Of a DNA stretch of 64,000 nucleotides, positions 10,362-18,659 are shown piece by piece. The stretch spans positions 10,988-74,987 of IMG/VR virus record IMGVR_UViG_3300028805_000065; one strand, written 5' to 3'. The position numbers were made by a program, and so were the translations under genes. Within the stretch, counting starts at the first letter, position 1; the number at the start of each line of letters is the position of its first letter. The notes beneath the pieces were generated by a model. It ran no database searches. It was not told where the DNA came from and was given only the letters and a program-made list of their open reading frames with translations. Source of the DNA: a virus (lineage: Duplodnaviria > Heunggongvirae > Uroviricota > Caudoviricetes).

Positions 10362-10789
10362 CGGTATTTCTAAGTGGTGGTATGAGTGGACTAACACACG
10401 AAGAAATGACTGGCTGGAGAAATGCTATCAAAAAACAATTTGGCTATTGTAACATGAGAATTATTTCTCCCCCAGACTATTTTATGTACGGTTGCGATTG
10501 CTATGACGAAGATAAGGAATCGTTTGTGTTTGATACATACTGGGTAAAGAAGAGCGATGTAGTTATCGTAAATATGAATTCTCCAAAAAGCATTGGTACT
10601 GCGCAAGAAGTTATGCTTGCATACGAATATGGCAAGCCAATTATTATGATAGCTACTAAAGAAATATGGAACAATGAAGTCAATCCGTGGCTAAAACATG
10701 AAGCAACAACCGTTTTCTTTTATGATGATTATGATGATGAGTCTGAGTTGTATGAGGCGGTGTTGGATTATGTTGAGATATATAAGTGA
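10355..10789 (+). CDS. nucleoside 2-deoxyribosyltransferase-like protein
   Basis: VFLSGGM, D...V..SDVVIVN, SIGTAQEV..AYEYGKPII. Confidence 0.85.
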   Translation: MLTVFLSGGMSGLTHEEMTGWRNAIKKQFGYCNMRIISPPDYFMYGCDCYDEDKESFVFDTYWVKKSDVVIVNMNSPKSIGTAQEVMLAYEYGKPIIMIATKEIWNNEVNPWLKHEATTVFFYDDYDDESELYEAVLDYVEIYK

Positions 10790-10830
10790 GTTGAATTAAA
10801 GGAGAGGGATATATGATTAAGGGGGATTAA

Positions 10831-11052
10831 ATGATTATATTATATAGTACTGGATGTCCCAAGTGTAACATACTTGAGAGAAGATTAACAAACGACAATA
10901 TTGAATTTGAAATAAGCAATGATATTGACAAACTGATAGATATGGGATTTCAGAATGCCCCTGTTTTACAAATCAACGACCAGTTTATTGTATTTGAAGA
11001 TGCAATGAAAAGGCTTAAAGCGTATGAGGCTGGAAAGGGTACACTTGAATGA
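10831..11052 (+). CDS. glutaredoxin/NrdH-like redoxin
   Basis: YSTGCPKC (CxxC) and APVL; immediately upstream of nrdD. Confidence 0.88.
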   Translation: MIILYSTGCPKCNILERRLTNDNIEFEISNDIDKLIDMGFQNAPVLQINDQFIVFEDAMKRLKAYEAGKGTLE

Positions 11053-13007
11053 ACATTAATATCAGATTGGACAAGAATTTTACAACCCAATATAACAAAT
11101 TACAGGGTGAATACGGCACTGAGATCGCAAAGATAAATGGGTTTGATGACAACCAATTATCTTATACAGATTTTATTGATAACTTTGTTGATAAAAAAGT
11201 TGTTGCCGATGCGAGTATTGACGGCAGCTCAAATGTCTCACATAAAGATATCGTTACCCTTGAAAGGGAAATGCCAAAGCCACACTCAAAACTTCTCGCA
11301 TTCAATAAGATTTATTACGAGATCCAGAAGAAATATGGGTTTAAATCTGCTAACGAATGGTTGAGAGCGGAGTGGGTTGGTGAACTGTATATGCATGACG
11401 CATCGTCTGCGACATTCAGACCGTACTGTTTTGCATATGATTTAAAGGATTTGGCAGAAAAAGGACTGTTTTTTATTGATGGTCAAGGCGCAGAACCACC
11501 CAAACATCTTACAACGTTTGTAGATTTTATTAAGGAGTTTGTGAGTTTTGCCTGTAACAGAACGAGTGGTGCGGTAGGTCTTCCTAATATTATCCCGTAT
11601 ATGTATTACTTTTGGAAGAAAGACATGGATGCGGATTATTTGGGAATTGCGTCTTCTGAGAATGGCGAATACTATGCAAAACAAAACTTCCAACGTTTTA
11701 TTTATGCAGTGAATCAGCCATACGTTAGGGATGGATCACAGTCAGCATTTACAAATACATCGGTTTTTGACCGCCCATATTTTGAAGCGTTATTTGGCTC
11801 TGCAATCTTCCCTGACGGTTCTTACGTTATTGATTACGAAGAAGCGATTATTGGTTTCCAAAAGTGGTATATGGAAGTCATGGCAATGATTAGGCATGTT
11901 CAGATGTTTACATTCCCGGTAAGCACAATATCTCTTTTAAGAAAAGACGGTAAGTTCGTTGATGAAGATTTTGCAATGTGGGCTATTAAACACAATATGG
12001 AGTGGTCTGACAGTAATCTCTTTATCGACGATAGCGTAACAAGCCTGTCGAACTGTTGTAGATTAAAGAGTGATATTAAAGACTTAGGATATTTTAATTC
12101 CATTGGTGGCACAGCTTTAAAGGTTGGTTCAGTAAAAGTTAACACAATTAATCTCGCACGGCTTGCGCTCGATACAAATTCTGAAGAAGAATATCTTGAT
12201 GAACTCCAAGAGAGGGTTGTAACAAATCTGCAAGCGCTTGACTGTGTCAGATATATTATTAAGAGAAATGTAGAGAAAGGATTACTTCCTAATTTTACAT
12301 ATGGACTTGTAGATTTTGAACATCTGTATAACACAATTGGATTCATCGGCATTTATGAAACGATGAAAAAGTTTGGGTATACTAGAACTGATGAATTTGG
12401 AAACGTGTATTACACAAAAGAAGCGTCAGAGTTTGGTAACAAGATTTTTAAAACGATGAGGGCAACGGCTGATAAGTTTATCGCAGACAACCATTGTGAT
12501 TATATGATTAACACCGAGCAGATCCCCGGAGAAAGTGCGGCGGCTAAGTTAATGATGAAAGACAAATTCTTTTATCCAAATTCAAACATATATGATTTGC
12601 CACTTTACGGCAATCAGTTTATTCCACTTGGCATACAAACGACGCTTCAGGAAAGAGTAAGGATAGCATCGGAGTTCGACAGATACTGCAATGGTGGCAG
12701 TATTCTTCATGCAAATATCGATTCTCCATTTGACTCATTCGATAAGGCTTGGAAAATGGTTAATTATATTGCCGACCAAGGACTGGTATATTTCGCCTTT
12801 AATACAAAAATACAAGCTTGCAAAAACAGCCATGCGTTTTATGGTGATGTATGTCCTGAGTGTGGTAATCCAGTGGATAGTGAGTTCACAAGAATAGTTG
12901 GTTTCTACACAAAAACAAAGACGTGGAGTAAAGAAAGAACGAGCGAATATCACATGCGAAAGTGGGAAAGCATCAATTCAACGGCAGAGGAGTTTAATGT
13001 TAGTTAA
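11049..13007 (+). CDS. nrdD: anaerobic (class III) ribonucleoside-triphosphate reductase
   Basis: LYMHD, PYC, SNCCRL finger loop, EQIPGES, CPECG Zn site and RIVGFY glycyl-radical motif. Confidence 0.95.
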   Translation: MNINIRLDKNFTTQYNKLQGEYGTEIAKINGFDDNQLSYTDFIDNFVDKKVVADASIDGSSNVSHKDIVTLEREMPKPHSKLLAFNKIYYEIQKKYGFKSANEWLRAEWVGELYMHDASSATFRPYCFAYDLKDLAEKGLFFIDGQGAEPPKHLTTFVDFIKEFVSFACNRTSGAVGLPNIIPYMYYFWKKDMDADYLGIASSENGEYYAKQNFQRFIYAVNQPYVRDGSQSAFTNTSVFDRPYFEALFGSAIFPDGSYVIDYEEAIIGFQKWYMEVMAMIRHVQMFTFPVSTISLLRKDGKFVDEDFAMWAIKHNMEWSDSNLFIDDSVTSLSNCCRLKSDIKDLGYFNSIGGTALKVGSVKVNTINLARLALDTNSEEEYLDELQERVVTNLQALDCVRYIIKRNVEKGLLPNFTYGLVDFEHLYNTIGFIGIYETMKKFGYTRTDEFGNVYYTKEASEFGNKIFKTMRATADKFIADNHCDYMINTEQIPGESAAAKLMMKDKFFYPNSNIYDLPLYGNQFIPLGIQTTLQERVRIASEFDRYCNGGSILHANIDSPFDSFDKAWKMVNYIADQGLVYFAFNTKIQACKNSHAFYGDVCPECGNPVDSEFTRIVGFYTKTKTWSKERTSEYHMRKWESINSTAEEFNVS

Positions 13008-13530
13008 AGGGATAATCGATACAGACATTGTTAATTATAAAAAAATATCCATGACAATTGAGTTTCCCAATTGCTCCTTTAAGTGCGATAAAGAATGCGG
13101 ACGGGCTGTATGTCAAAACAGCCCTCTTGCAAATGAGCCAAATATTGAAATCTCATGTGAAAGCATAATTGAAAGATATCTAGACAATAACCTAACTGAA
13201 GCAATAGTTCTTCAAGGTCTTGAACCATTCGACAGTCTGAAAGATGTGTTCGATTTTGTTGTAACTTTAAGGGGTAGATATGGGTGTAGTGATGATGTTG
13301 TAATCTATACAGGATATACGAAAGATGAAGTTGATAAATTTACATTAAGTACAATGTATCCTTTTATGGATGGTACTTGCACCGGGAATATAAAGATAAC
13401 CAAGATGCTAAAATCAACTGGCAATATCATTATCAAATACGGTCGTTACATCCCAGACCAAAAACCGCATTATGATAAAGTGTTAGGTGTTAACTTAGCC
13501 TCTGATAATCAGTACGCAGAAAGGTTGTGA
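12997..13530 (+). CDS. nrdG: class III RNR activating enzyme (radical SAM)
   Basis: CSFKC...CQN, GLEPF, IYTGY, KYGRY and NLASDNQ motifs; ATG at 12997 after GAGGAG. Confidence 0.9.
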   Translation: MLVKGIIDTDIVNYKKISMTIEFPNCSFKCDKECGRAVCQNSPLANEPNIEISCESIIERYLDNNLTEAIVLQGLEPFDSLKDVFDFVVTLRGRYGCSDDVVIYTGYTKDEVDKFTLSTMYPFMDGTCTGNIKITKMLKSTGNIIIKYGRYIPDQKPHYDKVLGVNLASDNQYAERL

Positions 13531-13534
13531 TTTA

Positions 13535-13720
13535 TTGAAAGTAAAGATTTCTGATGACATAGAACTTGTCAATCAAATTAGGGCAAAGCTAAAGGAGCGC
13601 AATGGCTTATGCCCATGCAAACTAGTTGACGCTCTAGAAAACCATTGTATATGTAAAGAATTCTTAGACCAAGGAGTTGGCGAATGTCATTGCGGATTGT
13701 ACATAAAGACAGAAATATAA
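13535..13720 (+). CDS. ferredoxin:thioredoxin reductase catalytic-subunit-like protein
   Basis: CPC, CIC..F and CHCGLY motifs. Confidence 0.8.
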   Translation: MKVKISDDIELVNQIRAKLKERNGLCPCKLVDALENHCICKEFLDQGVGECHCGLYIKTEI

Positions 13721-13969
13721 AAACGGTAAATGAGATAATTGACTTTATCGAAAGATTTTACGATATCAAATTAATGCCTTTTCAAAAACTCATCGTTAAA
13801 ACAGCGTTCATTATAAGGTGAGCGAGGAATGACCGACTCATGCCGTAACTGCAAATGGTACTGCTACCGTTTTTGTTGGTGCGCTCTGCTCAAAAAGCAC
13901 ACGGACAGGATATGCGTGAAATACAAACCGTTTGTACGATAAAGCAATTTTTAAAATAAATGTAAAAAA

Positions 13970-13988
13970 TGGGGCTTTTCAGCCCCAT
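13970..13988. terminator. intrinsic terminator between convergent genes
   Basis: TGGGGCT-TTTC-AGCCCCA hairpin; A-run on its left gives a U-tract on the - strand. Confidence 0.75.
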
Positions 13989-14006
13989 AATTTATACATA
14001 TGAAAG

Positions 14007-14621
14007 TCACTTTCTACTTACAAGTCCTAAAACTTCTTGCATCATTATCAACATATACGGTAATGGTGTTGTTGCACCGTTGCACCAGTTTTCTATAGAC
14101 CTTTTTGGTATTCCAAAGTAATCCCCAAACTTTGCTTGTGATAAGCCAGTCTCTTTTATGATATCCCTCATGGATCTATTTGCCGCCACATATATTGTTT
14201 TTAACCATTCCTTTCTACCATCAGGCGAAACATCCTCGGCTTCCCATATTGGAGAGTCTAAAGCATCTCTCAAAAACAAATCGACATCATCATATTTCCT
14301 TGCCAACTCTATCATTGTTTGAAAGATTTTTGCATTAAGCGGATTTACCATAACATGGTCTACACATAAACACGCTCTTCCGACATACTGATTTTCCTTG
14401 TTGTATATAGGCACAATATAAAAATCAAATTTATTAACAATTATACTATCCCTCGTTTTTTGATATGGTACTAATTCGCACTTCGTCCCAGTTCCATAGT
14501 GGTACTCAGCGCCCGGGACTTTGTCGCCCTGTTTTGGCAATGCCTCAACATAGGTAAATTTTGTAACTTCATTGCCACCATTTATAGTTTTTATTCTTGC
14601 ATGTATTTCTTTTTTTCTCAT
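14007..14621 (-). CDS. protein with C-terminal XRE-family helix-turn-helix
   Basis: IIKETGLSQAKFGDYFGIPKRSIENWCNG; GAGAGG RBS; the only - strand gene in the left arm. Confidence 0.8.
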   Translation of the reverse strand: MRKKEIHARIKTINGGNEVTKFTYVEALPKQGDKVPGAEYHYGTGTKCELVPYQKTRDSIIVNKFDFYIVPIYNKENQYVGRACLCVDHVMVNPLNAKIFQTMIELARKYDDVDLFLRDALDSPIWEAEDVSPDGRKEWLKTIYVAANRSMRDIIKETGLSQAKFGDYFGIPKRSIENWCNGATTPLPYMLIMMQEVLGLVSRK

Positions 14622-14777
14622 ATTATAATCCTCTCTATTCTAAAAATAATAGGTGTGTTTTTGGGTGTGGTTAATAATATAATACCACTTATTGAGTTAT
14701 AAAACAATAATAAAGTATAAAAACAATCATTGAAACAGAAGTAATATATAGAACAATTTTTATTTAAAGGAGATCGA

Positions 14778-15002
14778 ATGATAGACATTATTAAATTCGC
14801 AACAGAAAACAATATTGGTATTGAAATCAAACCACAAGATGGTTCGTTCAGACCACTTGTGGGAAAGGTAAAATGCATTGTCATTTTAAGAAGAAATGAT
14901 TTGACAACATCTGTAACAGTTACAGAAACAGATAGTGATTCTGTGGTAGAGTTGGCGCTACATGATGCACTCAGAAAACTAATGTATGAAAAAGGAGAAT
15001 AA
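14778..15002 (+). CDS. hypothetical protein
   Basis: AAGGAG RBS. Confidence 0.7.
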   Translation: MIDIIKFATENNIGIEIKPQDGSFRPLVGKVKCIVILRRNDLTTSVTVTETDSDSVVELALHDALRKLMYEKGE

Positions 15003-15439
15003 TGAACATTAAAATTAAACTGCTTAATAGTTTAGCCAAGATTCCAACAAGGGCTGACATAGGATCTGCCGGGTACGACTTATATGCGGCAACCGATCAT
15101 GACATTCAAATCCCACCACACTCTAATGCGATGGTCGGCACTGGTATTGCAATGGCTATTCCAATTGGTTATTTTGGCGGTATTTACGCAAGAAGTGGAA
15201 TTGCCTCTAAAAGAAACCTCAGACCAGCCAACTGTGTAGGTGTCATTGATGCTAGTTATAGAGGAGAGATAAAAGTCGCACTTCATAATGATTCTCCAGA
15301 AACAAAAACGATACAGGCAGGAGAAAGAATTGCACAACTCGTGATTAAGAAGCATGAGACTGCCGACTTTGAAGAAGTTGACGAACTCGACGAGACGGAG
15401 CGTGGTATTGGTGGATTCGGATCTAGCGGTGAAAAGTAA
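15002..15439 (+). CDS. dut: trimeric dUTPase
   Basis: SAGYDL, ARSGIA, GVIDASYRGEI, GERIAQL, RGIGGFGSSG. Confidence 0.96.
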   Translation: MNIKIKLLNSLAKIPTRADIGSAGYDLYAATDHDIQIPPHSNAMVGTGIAMAIPIGYFGGIYARSGIASKRNLRPANCVGVIDASYRGEIKVALHNDSPETKTIQAGERIAQLVIKKHETADFEEVDELDETERGIGGFGSSGEK

Positions 15440-15444
15440 ATCAA

Positions 15445-15654
15445 ATGAATAGACGAGAAGCAATAGTAGTATTAAACGATTATAAAAATCGTATTCTAAA
15501 TCCCGATTTTAAAGAAGCGTGTGAAACTGTAATCTCTGAAATGGAAAAACAAGAATATATTATTATGGATAATATCGAACTGTCTGAAATGTGTAGCAAA
15601 CTCACAAACATACTTTGGGAGAATGTATATAACAAAAACACAGGAGAGAAATAA
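15445..15654 (+). CDS. hypothetical protein
   Basis: operon packing. Confidence 0.6.
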   Translation: MNRREAIVVLNDYKNRILNPDFKEACETVISEMEKQEYIIMDNIELSEMCSKLTNILWENVYNKNTGEK

Positions 15655-16100
15655 TGGGAACAAGAAGCACAATTACATTTTGTGAAAAAACAAATGATGG
15701 AATTCAACCACTAGTAAGTATTTATCAACAATATGATGGTTATCTTGAGGGAGTTGGTAAAGATCTATGTACTTGGTTGAGTAAGATGACAATCTTAAAC
15801 GGTTATAGTTTTTACGATAAATACAGTGATGATGTCGCAAATGGAGTTGGTTGTTTGGTGGCACAGTATATCAGAAATATAAAACCACATATTGGAGATA
15901 CTTATATTATTCCAATGGATTCATCACAAGATGGCATTGATTATAATTATAAAATTATTTTTGATGCATATGGTAAAGAACCTTGTAACGCCGCAAAAGT
16001 TGCCACAATTATGGTCAACAATTGGGGGAGAGATTATTTCTTTATCGGCACTCCTAAAGAATTACTCGCCTATATTGACAAACAAAATGAGGATAAATAA
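15654..16100 (+). CDS. hypothetical phage protein
   Basis: AGGAG RBS; MGTRS start and QYDGYLEGVG. Confidence 0.75.
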   Translation: MGTRSTITFCEKTNDGIQPLVSIYQQYDGYLEGVGKDLCTWLSKMTILNGYSFYDKYSDDVANGVGCLVAQYIRNIKPHIGDTYIIPMDSSQDGIDYNYKIIFDAYGKEPCNAAKVATIMVNNWGRDYFFIGTPKELLAYIDKQNEDK

Positions 16101-16862
16101 ATGACAGAAAATGAAGCAAGAAAAATTATGGAGAGAGCGAGAGATACTGGCTCTCCTCTACCTAACATTGCAGAATATTCTGAGGCACTCAGAAAAACTT
16201 ATGAGATTTTAGGAAGTAATTATACAGAGAAGCAATTAGATAATTGGATTCTTGTCGGCAAATATCCGTTCCTTTTACCTACATATTGGAATCGTGATTC
16301 TATGCAGTATAAGGTGGACGAGGATTACACATATAAATACACAGAACTAGATGCAATGCCCGATGGTTGGAGAAAAGCATTTGGTGAAATGATGTGCGAA
16401 GAAATCTATAACGCACTCGTTAAGTGTGGCGGTCTTGACGATTATAGGATCGAACAGATTAAAGAGAAATTTGGTCAACTCCGATGGTATGGTTACCCAT
16501 CCTATAAAGAAGTAGAAGAAATAATTGACAAATATTCTGTTCTTTCTGAAAACATTTGTATTATTTGTGGCAAACCAGATGTGCCTCTAACAAATAATGG
16601 TTGGTTGAGTCCATTCTGCAAAAAGTGTTTCACTACGCCATCCGACTGGCAGAAAAAAGAACACCCTGAAGAAGTTGAAAGATGGATTGAATTTAGAACA
16701 GAGGACTGGGAAGAGTACAACTATGAAGAAAACAATAAAATGCTTGACTCTTACACGGTCGAGGGTTGGTCTAAAGAAGAGGGGGATACAACAACCACAT
16801 ACGATATCTCAGAAACCGCCAATAAAATAAGAAGTAAATGGAGAGTAGAACATGGCGAATGA
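16101..16862 (+). CDS. hypothetical phage protein with Zn-finger
   Basis: GWRKAFGE, QIKEKFGQLRWY, CIICG...CKKC. Confidence 0.75.
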   Translation: MTENEARKIMERARDTGSPLPNIAEYSEALRKTYEILGSNYTEKQLDNWILVGKYPFLLPTYWNRDSMQYKVDEDYTYKYTELDAMPDGWRKAFGEMMCEEIYNALVKCGGLDDYRIEQIKEKFGQLRWYGYPSYKEVEEIIDKYSVLSENICIICGKPDVPLTNNGWLSPFCKKCFTTPSDWQKKEHPEEVERWIEFRTEDWEEYNYEENNKMLDSYTVEGWSKEEGDTTTTYDISETANKIRSKWRVEHGE

Positions 16863-17196
16863 TTTACTTTACAGGACTGATATCTATAACGCAATCTACA
16901 ACGTCCTTATAAATTATCTGGGACACGAAGACGTTCCAAACGGATTAGTCCACGATATCCTAAAAACAATTAATGAAACACCATCTACATTTTGGCATCC
17001 ATGCACCGATGAAGATAACGTTCCGCCAAAGGGTGAAGAGGTTCTCGTCAGCCTTGAACTTCCAAATGGCAAAAAAGAAATAGCATTTGGAGAACATTGG
17101 GGCGAGAACAGAAACGGTGATCTTGCGTACTGTGGCGGACAAAACGAATTGGTCAAAGCATGGGCTAGAGTACCTGAATTCTATGAGGAGAATTGA
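16852..17196 (+). CDS. hypothetical protein (DUF551-like C-terminus)
   Basis: W....D..PP.GEEVLV...VKAW pattern. Confidence 0.6.
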   Translation: MANDLLYRTDIYNAIYNVLINYLGHEDVPNGLVHDILKTINETPSTFWHPCTDEDNVPPKGEEVLVSLELPNGKKEIAFGEHWGENRNGDLAYCGGQNELVKAWARVPEFYEEN

Positions 17197-17663
17197 TATT
17201 GATTTTATGTATCGTAGCAATAATATGTGCCAATATATTATGGGATTTTTTGATGTTATTTATCGATTGGAGAAAAGGTAATATGTCAGATAAATATGTT
17301 ACATTAGATGAATTTATAAATGAGCGTGGCGAGTGGGTTAAGCAAGTTGTGTATAAAGTTGATGGTGATTTTAACGGCGATATCAAAGGTGAAAACGTAA
17401 CTATCATTTTAATGGGTGACGGTAACATTAATGGTGATATTAACGCTAAGAACGGCGAAGTTTTTGTTAACAAAGGTAATATTAATGGTGACGTAAAAGC
17501 TGACAAGATATTATGTCCAAATGAACCAAGAAAAGAAACATGTGAAATGTGTAAATATTATGTGTATCATGACGGACAACATTATTGGTGTACACATGGC
17601 GGTATGTGTCATCTTTGCATTAAAGACGGAACTGTATGCAAATATTATGAGGGTAGAAAATGA
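17193..17663 (+). CDS. bactofilin-like beta-helix protein with N-terminal TM segment and Cys-rich tail
   Basis: Repeats VDGDFNGDIK, GDGNINGDIN, KGNINGDVKA; hydrophobic first ~25 aa. Confidence 0.55.
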   Translation: MILILCIVAIICANILWDFLMLFIDWRKGNMSDKYVTLDEFINERGEWVKQVVYKVDGDFNGDIKGENVTIILMGDGNINGDINAKNGEVFVNKGNINGDVKADKILCPNEPRKETCEMCKYYVYHDGQHYWCTHGGMCHLCIKDGTVCKYYEGRK

Positions 17664-18115
17664 CCATTAAAGAAGTAAAAAAAGATTTATTTACGATGCC
17701 TAACGACTACGCATTGGCACACTGCATCAGCGCAGATTTTGCGCTAGGTGCTGGAATTGCTAAAGAATTTGATAAAAGATTTAATTGTAGAAAGCGTCTT
17801 TTCGATTTAGATGTTGGTGGTGTTGATAACTGGGACGCTGGTGAACATGGCAGATGCATAGCGATCAGGGTTGTAAAACCGCCAACAATATTTAACCTAG
17901 TAACAAAACGAAACTATTGGGATAAACCAACGCTTGAGACTATTAAAAACTCGTTAAAAGAGATGAAAATATTTTGTGAAATTCTTGATATAACAAAAAT
18001 CGCAATGCCAAGAATTGGCTGTGGATTAGATAAACAAAACTGGCATGATGTTAAAGCGTTAATAGAAGAAGTGTTTGGTGATACAGATATAGAAATAGTG
18101 GTGTGTAGTTTATGA
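17660..18115 (+). CDS. macrodomain ADP-ribosylhydrolase (TARG1/DarG-like)
   Basis: HCISADFALGAGIA, FNLVTK and IAMPRIGCGLD motifs. Confidence 0.9.
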   Translation: MTIKEVKKDLFTMPNDYALAHCISADFALGAGIAKEFDKRFNCRKRLFDLDVGGVDNWDAGEHGRCIAIRVVKPPTIFNLVTKRNYWDKPTLETIKNSLKEMKIFCEILDITKIAMPRIGCGLDKQNWHDVKALIEEVFGDTDIEIVVCSL

Positions 18116-18309
18116 ATCAAAAGAATCAAAGTACAGAAACTGATATATGTATGAATTGTAGACATTGTTGGTTTTTATTTGATGATAATGGCAAGCTTAA
18201 AGGGGGATATTGTGATTATTATAACCCTCTTAATACAGACCGTAAAAATATGGTATGTAATATAGAACTTGATAGCCCAGCTTGTAGAGATTGGGGGGAT
18301 ATTTTCTGA
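18112..18309 (+). CDS. small Cys-rich hypothetical protein
   Basis: CMNCRHC...C...C; operon packing. Confidence 0.6.
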   Translation: MNQKNQSTETDICMNCRHCWFLFDDNGKLKGGYCDYYNPLNTDRKNMVCNIELDSPACRDWGDIF

Positions 18310-18659
18310 TGAAAAGAACTAAACAAATTCTACATGAAGAATGTGAAAATTGTGAAAATTTAAGAACGATATCGGTATACATGGACGGTTCTGCCTACTA
18401 CGCCTGTGGGTGTACACCAAATCATGTAGAAAAGGAAAGACATAAATCACCATGCCATAGGTTTATAAACTGTGATAGCTGTTTTGTAATAGTGGAGAAG
18501 AAAGTTCCGTACCCCAAATTTGTTAGCGAAGATGGCTATGCGAATTCAGAATGGTATGCAAAACATTTTAGTTCAAAAGAAGAGGCTGTAAACAATATCC
18601 CAAATGATGGATTAAATTGGGAAGTGCTTAATGTCGATTGGTGTAAAAGGCAAAGATGA
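18309..18659 (+). CDS. Cys-rich hypothetical protein
   Basis: GGGGG RBS; operon packing. Confidence 0.6.
   Translation: MKRTKQILHEECENCENLRTISVYMDGSAYYACGCTPNHVEKERHKSPCHRFINCDSCFVIVEKKVPYPKFVSEDGYANSEWYAKHFSSKEEAVNNIPNDGLNWEVLNVDWCKRQR

Noticed and set aside
1-13007. Inteins or introns in dnaE and nrdD
   Set aside because: Both are of ordinary length with continuous motifs and no Cys...His-Asn intein signature.
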